Assembly (NCBI RefSeq): GCF_004010195.1
Contig: NC_057711.1
Span: 72,265,191-72,329,190, forward strand
Reading direction: 5' to 3'
Length of the DNA stretch: 64,000 nucleotides
Origin: Chiloscyllium plagiosum
Lineage: Eukaryota
Shown here: positions 52,491 through 64,000 of the stretch, piece after piece
Numbering within the stretch: position 1 is the stretch's first letter
Layout of the letters: each line of letters starts with the position of its first letter
The notes under the pieces: model-generated
Database searches by the model: none
Told to the model about the DNA's origin: nothing
What the model saw: only the letters and a program-made list of their open reading frames with translations
Program-made: the position numbers and the translations under genes

Positions 52491-53390
52491 GTGGGCTTAT
52501 TTGCTTGCTGGTTTGTGGCTGAAGCAAATAGCAAACTTGACTGTACACATTTTTTTTAAGAAATGAGAATTAGGCTTCGCAAAGCTACTGGCTACCGAAG
52601 AACTGGTCCACAGCATAAATAATCTGGGAACTACCAATATGAAGAGGCTCTCCAATATAAATTCAGAATCAAAGGATTCAGTAGGTAAAGGCAATGTTTA
52701 TTTTTATAATGAGGTTGCTCGACAGCATTCCTGTGAAATACCTTGGGATATTTTACTTCATCAACAGCAATAACTACTTGCATTTTTGTCGCACCTTTGA
52801 ATTAGTAAGAATGTCCCGTATTATTTTCTTGTAATGCTATCAAGCAAAATTGGACAGCAAGCCACAAATAGTGATTTTAAAGCAGGTCACCAAAATCTCA
52901 GTCAAAGAGGCAGGATTTAAAGTGCTTTGAAAATACGGTTATATAGCCCAAAGGTCTTGGATTTGACTTCTCTGTTTGTGCTGAGTTTTTAAGTGCTTGC
53001 TGTGATGTCACAAAGGATGTTGGAATTAAGCATTTTAAAAGAGGGGGGATTTTTAATCAGAGTTCCTCATCAGTATTTGGTGACTGTTATGGAAATCCAT
53101 GCAAGCAGAGATGATAGATAGTCTGGGATTGATAATCTCAATGTTGGATAGCCTACTAACACTCACTATTAATGATTGTAGCTAAAAAATGATCAAAATT
53201 CCAAGGGCACTAATGGAAATACACTTCAGAATTACCACCATTGGAAGAAAGTGAAAAAAGAAATTGAAGCATTACTTAGTAAAATTGGAGACAAGAACAG
53301 GCTGAAAACTAATTTGGATTTTCAATTTCTGTTTGAAAATGGAGTAGGAAAATGAAATAAAATCAAATGATTTCATCATTCATTTCTCCA

Positions 53391-53565
53391 TAGAGTCATA
53401 GGACACGGAACCAGTCTATGCCGGACATAATCTCAAACTAAACTAGTCCCACCTGCCTGCTCCTGGCCCATATCCCTACAAACCTTTCCTATTCAAGTAC
53501 TTATCAAAGTGAGTTTTAAACGTGACTGTGCCCAAATTCACCACTTTCTCAGGAAATTCATCCAC
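53391..53565 (-). mobile_element. CR1/HER1 LINE 3' tip
   Basis: tagagtcatag...tagtcccacctgcctgctcctggcccatatccc. Confidence 0.75.
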
Positions 53566-54064
53566 CACATTTTTTTTGTTTAGTATTTATACACATTTCC
53601 TCCAACTTTTAAAGATGTTTACACCTGAGTCTTTAGATTTCTCTGCCTTTTTATTCTATGTCAAGGTTTGCAATCCAGTGGTTATACCCACTCTGTATCC
53701 TTCCTTTCCAAATCTGACACTTCAGATTTAACTGCATTGAATTTCATCCGACACTAATCTCTTCAATCCATTGATCTGCTGAAGTCATTTAAAATCCTCT
53801 TCATGGTACCGCACTCATTATTTAGTATCATGCACTAAATTTCAGATTTTATCATCTGTGCCTAAGTTCAGGTCATTTATATTTATTGCAAAGAACAAGT
53901 TTGACTTCACAAATGTTTTGCAAATACTATCTTAACCTAGAATATTTAAAAATATTTCAATATTGGAAAAGTTAACTCAACAGAGCAGCACCTACAACTG
54001 AGAGACGATTTATTTTATTTTGTTCTGTAGTAGTTCTGCAAAGTATCATCCATTCAATCAAAGT

Positions 54065-54625
54065 TCAATTCATTCACTATCAATGCACAATGGCAGCAGT
54101 GTGCACCATCTACAAGATGCACTTGAGCTTCTCTGACAGTACCTTCCAAACCTGCGATATTTACTCTGTAGAAAGACAAGGGCAACAGATGAATGGGAAT
54201 ACTGCCAGCTACAGGTTTCCCTACAAGCAGCACACCATCCTGACTTGGAATTATATTATAGTTCATTCACTGCAGTTGGGTCAAAATCCTAGTGCTTCCT
54301 TCCTAATAGCATCGCAAGTGTCCATGTACGCAAGGGACTACAGCAGTTCAAGGAAGGAAGCTCACCAGCACTTTAATTAGGCACAGCCAGTCAGGCAGCA
54401 TCTGAAGAGCAGGAGAATCGACGTTTCGAATGAGGCCCTCATTCCTGATGAAGAGCTTATGCTCAAAATGTCGATTCTCCTGCTCCTTGGGTGCTGCCTG
54501 ACCGGCTGTGCTTTTCTAGCACCACACTCTCAACTCTGATCCCCAGCATCTGCAGTCCTCACTTTCTCCCAACACCTTAATTAGGGAAGGACAATAAACA
54601 TTGGAGCTAGCATTGCCCACATTTC
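54065..54625 (+). mobile_element. LINE 3' end, second CR1/L2-group family, interrupted by a PLE insert
   Basis: AAVCTIYKMH motif; cagttcaaggaaggaagctcacc...attagggaaggacaataaa tail. Confidence 0.7.
54382..54568. mobile_element. Fold-back PLE family A insertion
   Basis: Inverted arms meeting at attcCTGATGA; TSD ccagcactttaattagg (54365-54381) / ccaacaccttaattagg (54569-54585). Confidence 0.85.
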
Positions 54626-54652
54626 AAGGCAAAAAAATGTTCATTGTTGTCA

Positions 54653-55666
54653 TGATTTGGAGATGCCGGTGTTGGACTGGGGTGTACAAAGTTAAAAATC
54701 ACACAACACCAGGTTATAGTCCAACAGGTTTAATTGGAAGCACTAGCTTTCGGTGCACTGCTCCTTCATCAGGTGGGTGTGGAGGACACAATTGTAAGAC
54801 ACAGAATTTATAGCAATAGTTTACTGTGTGATGTAACTGAAACTATATACTGAAAAATACCTTGATTGTTTGTTAAATCTCTCACCTGTTAGAATGACCA
54901 TGTTAGTTTCACTTCTTTCATATGTAAATCACAAAACTTTTTAAAAAAGTTACATTCTCAGGTTAACTTTAACAATTGGCGTCAGCCCAGATAATGTGTT
55001 GAAGGTGTTTGCCCCTGTGTGCTGTTATCTGTACCATAATGTTTAGACTGATTCTAATCTAAAAAATGAGTTCACAGAACCTTACTTGGATTCATGCAGT
55101 TTTTGAGCAAAGTACAAAGTAACTCTGCAAGTACAAATTCACCCCACAGATGCACACACTCCCACATGCACCCTCTCACAGACCTAGGTCCCTTTACACT
55201 CACATATACACTCTATCTCACAGACACTCACAACCCCCCACCACACACACTAACACACACACACACCAAGTAATTCATCTGTTAATTCACTTTCTAGATT
55301 AGAATCAGCCTAAACATTATGGCACAGACAGCAGCACACAGAGGGCAAACACCTTCAACATACTATCTGGGCTGACACTAATTGTTAAAGTTAACCTGAG
55401 AATGTAACTTTTAAAAAAGTTTCATGATTTACATATGAAAGAAGTGAAACTAACATGGTCATTCTAATAGATGAGAGATTTAACAAACAATCAAGGTATT
55501 TTTCAAAGTATAATTTCAGTTACATCACACTGTAAACTTTTGCTATAAATTCTGTGTCTTATAATGGTGTCCTCCACACCCACCTGATGAAGGAGCAGCA
55601 CTACGAAAGCTAGTGCTTCCAATTAAACCTGTTGGACTATAACCCTGGTGTTGTGTGATTTTTAAC
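54653..55666. mobile_element. ~1-kb fold-back PLE family B element with ~400-bp inverted arms, each carrying a hammerhead core
   Basis: Arms ~54689-55089 / 55266-55668 with a CA-rich spacer; cores 54744-54772 (-) and 55584-55612 (+); TSD ttcattgttgtca (54640-54652) / ttcatttttgtca (55667-55679). Confidence 0.9.
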
Positions 55667-56899
55667 TTCATTTTTGTCAGGTGAAATCCTTTTTACTAAT
55701 TTCACTAAAGAATGAAAATCCAATTGTTTTTTGAAATGTGGATTTGTTCATGTCAGCTGTAAGTTTGCAGGGTGGGTTGAACAAATATCTGTCAACAAGC
55801 TCATAGAAGACAGCACCTTCTGTCTCGATCGAGAGAATAGCAGTTTCCCAAAAATGATTACCAGATGATAACTAGCTTTAAATTACAGATTGCAGCCTGA
55901 CATTCTTGTGAAATGTGTAAACCAAACAATGTCAAAGTTCTGAAAACCTAAAGATTGGAGTAATTACTGCAAGAGGAGCAAGAAGAGCAATAAAAACATT
56001 CCACTTCTGTGTACAGTTGTTAACTTTATAACATCTGGCATTCCTGTTTGTTTAGTCGTTGGACTAGAAGGCCTTTGATCATTACTCAGATCACACTTCA
56101 AAATGTATAAAGACTTTACAAGTTCCATCTGTAGACAATACCCACCAAAAACTGCATGGGAAAAGAATTATGAAAAGGCATTTCTTTTGTACTTCTGACA
56201 GCTTTGTTAAGTTGCAATTGGTGTTCCTGCCAGAATTTTAAGGAACATAAACAAAGGCCTAACCTGAAAAATGTGATAGTGCTTTTGAACTATTTTACAT
56301 TACTATTTCAGAATAATAAGACAGAGCATTAGCAGTCTGGAAAGAAACTGTGCATTTCACTTGACTCTTTCATTATGTAATGGCAAGGTAAAATGCCTCC
56401 TTCAAGGAGGATTATTACCGAGTTCCTTCTGAAGCTGCTGCTCATGAAAGGAAGTGTGACTGTAAACAATAATGTCAAAAGGATAAACAGCATTTATACT
56501 GTTTAATTACTACGGTTTTGGTGGAATCATAGTTTTCTCCCTTGTTAACTCAATTAGAATTTGACATTTTGGAGGAAAGATTGGCATGGGTCACAAGTTA
56601 GAGTAATCCTGGTCCTGATCCATTGAGGCTGGTAGCACATAGACTTCCTGGTATCTTTGCATTTCCATTATTTCACCGTGTATTCCAGTATGGAATGTGC
56701 TACATACTGACAAAAAACCCAGCCGTCTACACGGCTGACATATGTTTCAACTGCACGGCAATCTTAAAAGTAACTTGCCCTTCTCGAGGGAGAGCTGCAA
56801 ATGTTGAACTGAATTTGCAGCAATTTGTCTGTAGAAGACTTGGGGGAAAAATTGAAACCCAGAAAATGAAGTAACAAGCAAAATAGAGGTCATACAAGC

Positions 56900-57420
56900 G
56901 TCACATGCAGCACTGGCATTATTAGTGCAGGAAGTGGAAGGAAGAGACATCCAACACTTCTGAATAAGACCAGTGGGTCATGAGGACAAATTCTGAAAGA
57001 TGGCTGGAAGCACTTCTGAGCATCTGCTCTCATCAAACCTGGCAGCAGAGCTGGATGAAGTTCAATAATCTCACATGGTGGCTGATATCTTGCATCTTCA
57101 TATGTTATCCCCCACATCTCTCACCACCAGCTTCTCATGTATCCACATCCATCATCAATGAACAGTCTCTTGCAACAGCACTCTCGCTTAACATTCGAAT
57201 GCTCCATCCCCTCTCACACAATTGCCAGTGTGACTGGCCTCACATTCACCTCTGGCTGCTTCCACATACCACAAACTATTTAGGTATGACAGGCACTACA
57301 TCGAAACACATAACAGCCAAATCACTGACAACCCTTCGTCTCTGTTGCAGGGCAACTTGTGCTTATAAATATGAGGATCATGGACAAAAGTCTCTAATGG
57401 TGACCTGAGAATTCCACCCT
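56900..57420 (-). mobile_element. Possible Harbinger transposase relic (similar decay at ~9180-9430 and ~59050-59260)
   Basis: Degenerate HARBI1-like fragments (e.g. VFASGSY at ~9340); no intact ORF. Confidence 0.3.
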
Positions 57421-57534
57421 TGATATCAAAGTAGCAATCAATAGAGTATGGTATTAATGAGCCCTAGCAATTCTGGAATTAATGGGATTTGGGAAAATTT
57501 TCTTCCAGTTAAAGTTATATCTAGGGACGTGTGA

Positions 57535-58350
57535 TTATTGTTGGAGTTTAATCATCTCAGTTCCTGGACATCTCTACAAGAGTTCTTCAGGGTCATCTCC
57601 TAGACTGAACCATCTTCAGCCTGCTTCATCAATGAATTACTCTCCAACATAAGGACAGAAGTGAGTCAGTTCACTGAAGATTTCACAATGTTCAGCACCA
57701 TTCATTCCCCACTCCTCAGATATTGAAGAAGTCTATTTCAAAACTCAGGAAGACTTGGATAATATCTTAGGCTGACAAGGAACACTTGTGCCACATGAGT
57801 GCCAGGCAATGACCAACTCCAACAAGAGAGAATCTCAAGAGAGTGTGATGGAGCAATTCCCGCTTGCTTGATGACTGCCGCTCCAACAATGCTGTAAAAG
57901 CTTGATATTGTCCAGGTCAAAGCCACTTGTAAAATTGGCATTCTATTCAGTGTGCTTTCAAGATTCACCCCCTTCACCACTGATGCACAATGGCTGCAAC
58001 TACAAGATTACCTGCAGCAACTCACTCAGACTTCTTTGAGTGCAGTTTCCAAACCTGCAATCTCCACCACCTAGAGGGACAAGAGCAATAGAATCTTACA
58101 AAAACAGCCACCTGGAAAGTCCCCTCCAAGCCCCACCCTACCCTGACGTGGAAATACATTCCCATTCCTTCATTGTCTTAGGGTAAAAACTCTCAGACCC
58201 TCTCCCTGATAGCACTGTGGGTGTACCTAAACTACAGGCCTGCAGCAGATGAAGAAGGAACCTCACAACCACACTCTCTGGGACAGCTAGTTATTAGAAA
58301 CAAATGGTGGCCCAGTTAGCAATGCCTGTGGCTTATCAACAAATGAATAA
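57535..58350 (+). mobile_element. LINE RT-to-3' fragment, second CR1/L2-group family
   Basis: Decayed RVLQG..L..TIFS.FINEL and QFTEDFTMFSTI (YADD-equivalent) region plus the family tail. Confidence 0.7.
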
Positions 58351-58703
58351 AAACATCTGAGGACCACCAGAGATCAGATAGACCTGCATTGCCTCAATCA
58401 TATGGAGATACTCTGCTTCATTGGCTGGCTGTAACTGAAGCTGTTATATTCAACATCACCAAGAACATTCAGGACATCAGCATTTTCTCATCCTCTGGTC
58501 CTTCTCAAATCCTACCTCACACTCCTCCTGCTATTTGGCATGAAGTGTAAGCAGTAGATGGTGTGAACATAGACATCTTGCTCCAATCCTACCTGCTGCA
58601 TGGCAGATCCCCAATACTACCTGCTTGAACAGCCACCACGAGGTCCTAAGGAATGTTGAGCGCAAAACTAGACTTTGGTAGGAGGTAACAATGCTACTTT
58701 TCT

Positions 58704-59024
58704 TTAGATTACAGTAGATTCCCTACAGTGTGGAAACAGGTCCTTCGGCCCAACCAGTCCACACCGACCCTCTGAAGAGCAACCCACCCATTCCACTTAA
58801 CCATGACTAATCCACTTAACACATGGGCAATTTAGCATGGCCAATTCACCTAACCTAATGCACATCTTTGGACTGTGGGAGGAAACTGGAGCACCCGGAG
58901 GAAGCCACACAGACACGGGGAGAATATGCAAACTCCATACAGATAGTTGCCCGAGCCGGGAATCGAACCCGGGTTCCTGGTGCTGTGAGGCAGCAGTGCT
59001 AACCACTGAGACACCATGCCGCCC
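58704..59024 (-). mobile_element. Full-length HE1-type V-SINE
   Basis: Reverse strand gggcggcatggtgtctcagtggttagcactgctgcctcacagc..gggttcgattccc, V-domain, tail. Confidence 0.92.
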
Positions 59025-60140
59025 ACGGTCTGATAATTATGGCTTTTATCTCAATATTGGCATAACATGTATTTTAGGGACACATGTGAATCAGCATGTG
59101 CTTGATATGAGCAGCCAAGCCATGGAGAAAGGACTATTCATGTTTCAGGAGAGTGAGGCTGCAGATGAGGATTTCGAGAGACAGTCGGTGATGGTTGTGC
59201 ACACAGAGGTAGACTGGCAGGCCTGGCAGACAGCTTATTGTCACTGCCAAGTGGCATGAGGAGTTTTCAATAAAAATGTGGTTATCTTCAGGACAGCACT
59301 TGCAAACCCAACCAAGGTGCAGCATCTGATGGCTGATGTCTCAGTTTATCCTGCAGCCACCACCATCTGAATGCTGTGATGGAAGCTCAGAGAAAGTTCA
59401 TGGGATCGATGTTTGGAGCTGTGTAGGTTCAGAGTGCTCCCAAGGTGGAGTAAAGCATTTATAGGGGTTTGCAGGCTTTCATAGAGTGGCAGTCATCTGT
59501 GCTCCAGCAGATCACCAGGATTTCTCAGGCACCAGCCAGAGTAAATGGTAGAGGATCTATGTTGCACAGACCAGCTTTCCTGCCTTTAAGATTACAGCCT
59601 TCATGCTCATTGCAGTGAGTTCCCCAGAGTTCTGGAGGTTGCCTGATAGTCAGCAAAGCCAAACTGCTGGCGTACTGGCCAAAGCAGTATCTTGAGCTGC
59701 TTGAGGGCATCCTGCAAAGAAATCTATTGTTACCTCATTGTGTAGGAACACTAGGACAGGAAAAGGTCCCTGTAAAACAAATACTAAGGGAAAGCTCAAG
59801 GCTGCATAGCTGCATATATCACTGAAGGCACCATAATAATTTAGTTGGCAGCTTTTATTTTGTGATTTAGGTTGAGGCCATGTGACCATATATAGCAAAT
59901 GATCGAACAATGGGAAACTGTGGAGTGGTCTTGATGAAGGATTGGCATACCTTGGAAACAGGAATCTGTTTGTCTGCTCATGGATAGCACAATGCAGACA
60001 TTATGGTTGTTGCGAAGATCACAGACATTGACTGCATGAGAACATCTTAGAAAAAAGCCCTTTGGCTGATTCCATCTGTGCCGGTCAAAAGCAGCCATCT
60101 AAACATTCTAAACCCATTTTACAACACTTGGCCCATAAGG

Positions 60141-60470
60141 AGTGGCATGGTGGCTCAGTGGTTAACACTGTTGTCTCACAGTGCCAGAGACCAGGGTTTG
60201 ATTCCTTCCTTGGACGACTGTCTGTGCAGAGTTTGCACATTCTCCCTCTGTCTGCATGGCTCTCCTCCAGGTGTTCCGCTTTCCTCCCACAATCCAAAGA
60301 AGTGCTGGCCAGGCGAATTGGCCGTGCTAAACTGCCCATAGTGTTAGGTGTATTAGTTGGGGTTGAATATAGCGTAGGGGAATGGTTCTGGGTGGGTTAC
60401 TCTTCGGAGGGTCAGTGTGGACTTGTTAGGCCAAATGGCCTGTTTACATGCTACAGGGCATCTAATCTAA
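60141..60470 (+). mobile_element. Full-length HE1-type V-SINE
   Basis: ggcatggtggctcagtggttaac head, V-domain, tctaatctaa tail. Confidence 0.9.
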
Positions 60471-60479
60471 GGAAAAAAA

Positions 60480-60720
60480 TGCCCATGTAAATACTTCTTA
60501 AATGTTATGATGGTTTCTGTGATGAATTCCAGGTGCCCTCCACCCTCTGGGTGAAAAAAGATTTCCTCTAAACCTTTTGCCCCTGATAATTGATCCTTCC
60601 ATCAAGGAGAAAAGTTTCTTCTTGTTCACTCGATTTATGCATCTCAGTCATGTCCCCTCTCAATCTCCCCTTCTCTTAAAGAATACAATTTCAGTCTGTC
60701 CAATCTCTGTTCAAACTTGA
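60480..60720 (-). mobile_element. Old CR1 LINE fragment
   Basis: FEQRLDRLKLYSL on the minus strand. Confidence 0.55.
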
Positions 60721-63624
60721 AACATCTTCTAATGTGATTGCACAACATGGATGTTGATAGAGTGAAACACTGTAGGAACAGAAATGTTAACATGTTGGGC
60801 GCATAGAGCCGTGGGTGTGTAGTCAATTATATCCTACACCATTAGGATTTCTGGCAGCTTGACAAATCCATGTCAGGCTCTTCACCTGCTTCTCTTTCTA
60901 GTTGATCAGAAGCTGATGAAACCCCTCCCAATGTATTCACTTCACTCCTGTTATGGAATTCAATGAGGCTGGGTGGCTCATTTTTCAAAAACTGAAGACA
61001 TGAAAGGACAATTTGTCACTTGCTAAATTTCTATGATTCTGTTGATGGAGGATAAACAGTGAGGTATTATTGACGTCACCCATTCCCTCCTGGAAGGATC
61101 CACACTTGTAGAAATTGAGGCCAATGGTGACATTGCTGGCAGGGTTTCTTTGTGTTATTTATTTTATGGGCATACTAGCTCACCATGCTGTATGTTGAAG
61201 GTTAAGGCCTCCATCCTCTCTCAGTGAGTGAAACTACAGGGCCCACTTGTGAAAGCAAAACCACTTCCTGGTCAAGCTGGAAAAGTCCTTTGTAGTTAGC
61301 AGGATTTAGGTAATAGCATGTTAGCAACTAGTTATAAGTTGCATTGATATGATGTGACTTACATTATTATAGAGACTTTGAGGAAGGCCAGGTGATAAGT
61401 CTCTGTCCTTCAGTTTCCTAAGCTCAAGTCCATATGACATCACCATAGTGCCTATAGCATCCCTCATTGTTAACCCTTTCATTCCCTTTCAGACCCCATG
61501 TCCAACTTCATTCTCACACTGCTGTGAAGCTGCAGTTTGGATTTCAGGTACAATTCAATGACCAATTCTTGGTTGAATTGCAGTCATCTCAAATACTGGG
61601 TTCTGACTGAAAGGACATGGGAAAGGTGGTTCTTCTATTAAGAGTCACTCTTCTTACACTGATTCTCCTCTCCACCTCCTAAACTGTGTTTCCACATCAC
61701 GCTGCACCTAATGAGAGGACAAATCCTTCATAGAGTGTTGCATTGATAGTGTCCCTGCCTCTGGACTAGGAGACCTGGGTTCACACCACCTCAGTAACAG
61801 CATTTCTGAACAGGTTGTTTAGAAAATATTTAGCCCTTACAACTCAAACAGACTTCCTCTTTACAGATCAGCAACTCTCTTTGAACTTCTTTTGTAGAAT
61901 TTTGGAGTCCCTGGAAAAAGCAGCGTCCCAATTATCCTTGAACTGTGTGACTTTTTGGATTATTTCAGTCGGCAGTATGCTACTGTGAGCCTGGAGTCAC
62001 ACGTAGATCAGACTAGGGAACGATGGAAAATTTTTTATAATGGATTTTAGTGTACCAGATGAGATTTTCCAATTGGGAACAACTTTCAATTCCAGATTTT
62101 ATTAACTGAATTTAAATTTCACCAAATTTGAAAGTCTGTCTCCAGAGCATTAACCTATTTTAACCTATTTTTCTAATTGTCCTGTTCAGAGATGTTATTA
62201 CACACCTCTGGAGCAAGTGGAACCTGGGGTGTGGACAAGACCAGTAAGTAGGCTGGGCCTCTGGATTACCAGCAACTAACACAGATTAACATCAATTACC
62301 CAAATCAGACAATCACTTTGCATGTAAAATTGTATTTTTACAATTTTGATCATTTTACTAATAGGTCTAGTTCCACAAGTTTGTATGAGACATTTTTATC
62401 CTCCAATTGAAAGAGTTTCTGCTCTTAATTGTATCCGAGACTCCACCCTTAGAGTATTCTCTAATATTAAAGTGAATTAGGGATCCACAGTGACATGCCC
62501 AGCCCTTTATTTTCCTGCCACCCCACACATCATCACAACAGGCCTGGAAAAAATTCAGCCCATTGATTTCAACTGAAGTATGGCTGTATATAGAGCACAC
62601 TAGTCACTTATTGCAAGGCATGCATTAGGAACAGTAGCGTATTTCATAAATCAAATATTCTGTGTGCAAAATCCACACTTTTCTAAAATGTTTTTATTTG
62701 TTTTTACTATGTCTAAAATGCTAAATGAGTGTGGTGGAAAGATTTTACAAATTGTCTATTTTTAGATGTGGTTTATACAAATCTTGATCCAAGAATAATC
62801 CTGATCCAGTCATAACATTTCCTGACAAACTAGCTGTGCATTTATCAGGAATCAACAGCATAATCAAATTCCCTGGAGTTAACAAACTGCTACCACTTCC
62901 CAATTTGTTCCTGATACAGCTAATTCTGGTGTAAACCAGTCTTGTTTTATATATAACTCTAGTTGTAAGTACTTTGACGGCCCAAATCATGTAAGAATAT
63001 TCCACTGTAATTGTATCTTCACTACATTTTCCACTAGCGCCCCATACCTTTTTTCTTTCAGTTAGTGGATAGCAGTAGGGAGTGGACCATTTTGCTGAGT
63101 TCAGTTTAGGCAATGCAATCCAGTAACAACTTACATCCCGAGTTACTTCACAGGACCATAATCAAGCACAGAATAAAGATGGGATTATTATGTCAGTTAA
63201 CTAAAAGGTTGCTTAAAGAAATCATTTCAATGAGGTTTAATCAACAAGATTGAGATGTAAAGGTTGAACAGCTGAAGGGGTTTATTCAAGAATTTGGGAC
63301 CTAAATGTGTCAATGTGACACATGCGGTTAGCTATATGAAGAAAATGTGTTGAGGGATGTGGGATATGAGGGTGGTGTCGGAGGAATGCAGAATTCCTTA
63401 AGAGTTGTCTCCACTTCACATGTGCTTTCACTAGTAAAAAGTACACAGAGCAATCAAGAGTCGGAATCTTGCTGAATTTGTTTTCTCCTGCTTAATCCAG
63501 GAATGCTGCAATCTATCAAGCTTTACCGCTGCCTCAGCTAAGAAGATTTGCTTCAAGATAGGGATTTTTCTGACTTGTGTGGCTCAATAACGCATCATAT
63601 GGTGGATTTGTTTAATTAGCTAAT

Positions 63625-63990
63625 ACCTGGAATGAGCAGAATGTCTTATGAGGAAAGGCTAGACAAGCACTGCCTGTAGCCTTTGGAGTTTAGAAGAAAT
63701 GTGACTTCATTGAAACACACATCCTGAGGAGACTTGGCTGAGTGGATGACAAATTCTTGTTTCTTTTTGTGGGAGAAATTAGAACCAGGGGTCATGGTTT
63801 AAAAATTAGGATTTGCCCATTCAAGACATGGTTGATGGAAAAAACATTTGCTCAGGGGGTAGTGAGTCTTTGGAATTTCTTGCTCAAAACACTGAATCTT
63901 TAAATATTTTTAAGGCAGAGATGGATAGATTTATGATTACCAAGAGGATGAAAGATTATTGGGGTTATGGAGGAATGCAAACCTGAGTTT
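63625..63990 (+). mobile_element. CR1 LINE 3' fragment
   Basis: MSYEERLDK...RTRGHGLKIR..AQGVVSLWN motifs. Confidence 0.75.
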
Positions 63991-64000
63991 AAAATCAGAT

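Noticed and set aside
54653..55666. DNA-transposon MITE interpretation of the 1-kb palindrome
   Set aside because: Asymmetric tail, 13-bp TSD, variable-length sister copies and hammerhead cores fit a PLE origin better
62745..63113. 122-aa minus-strand ORF
   Set aside because: Non-ATG start, no motif, no matching splice structure

Overview
Repeat-dense vertebrate genomic DNA, almost certainly elasmobranch (shark). This is inferred from several HE1-type tRNA-derived V-SINEs and HER1/CR1 LINE fragments. No complete protein-coding gene is recognisable. The window holds: many decayed retroelements (CR1/HER1, a second CR1/L2-group LINE, RTE, Rex1/Babar, Penelope GIY-YIG relics, Deu- and Meta-domain SINEs, one solo LTR); a TA-flanked pogo/Tigger-type MITE; Harbinger relics; a ~4.7 kb 42-bp satellite with higher-order structure; a 500-N assembly gap; and a weakly supported chain of minus-strand candidate exons. 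The most notable signal is a set of short non-coding Penelope-like insertions in three sequence families. They carry minimal type I hammerhead ribozyme cores (CTGANGA-A-helix II-GAAA) whose helix III is a loopless palindrome (ACGT or AGCT). Many copies have 12-17-bp target-site duplications (TSDs), several are fold-back inverted duplications, and their 5' junctions cluster at the ribozyme core. Family assignments come from recalled motifs, not database searches, and repeat boundaries are approximate unless a TSD is quoted.
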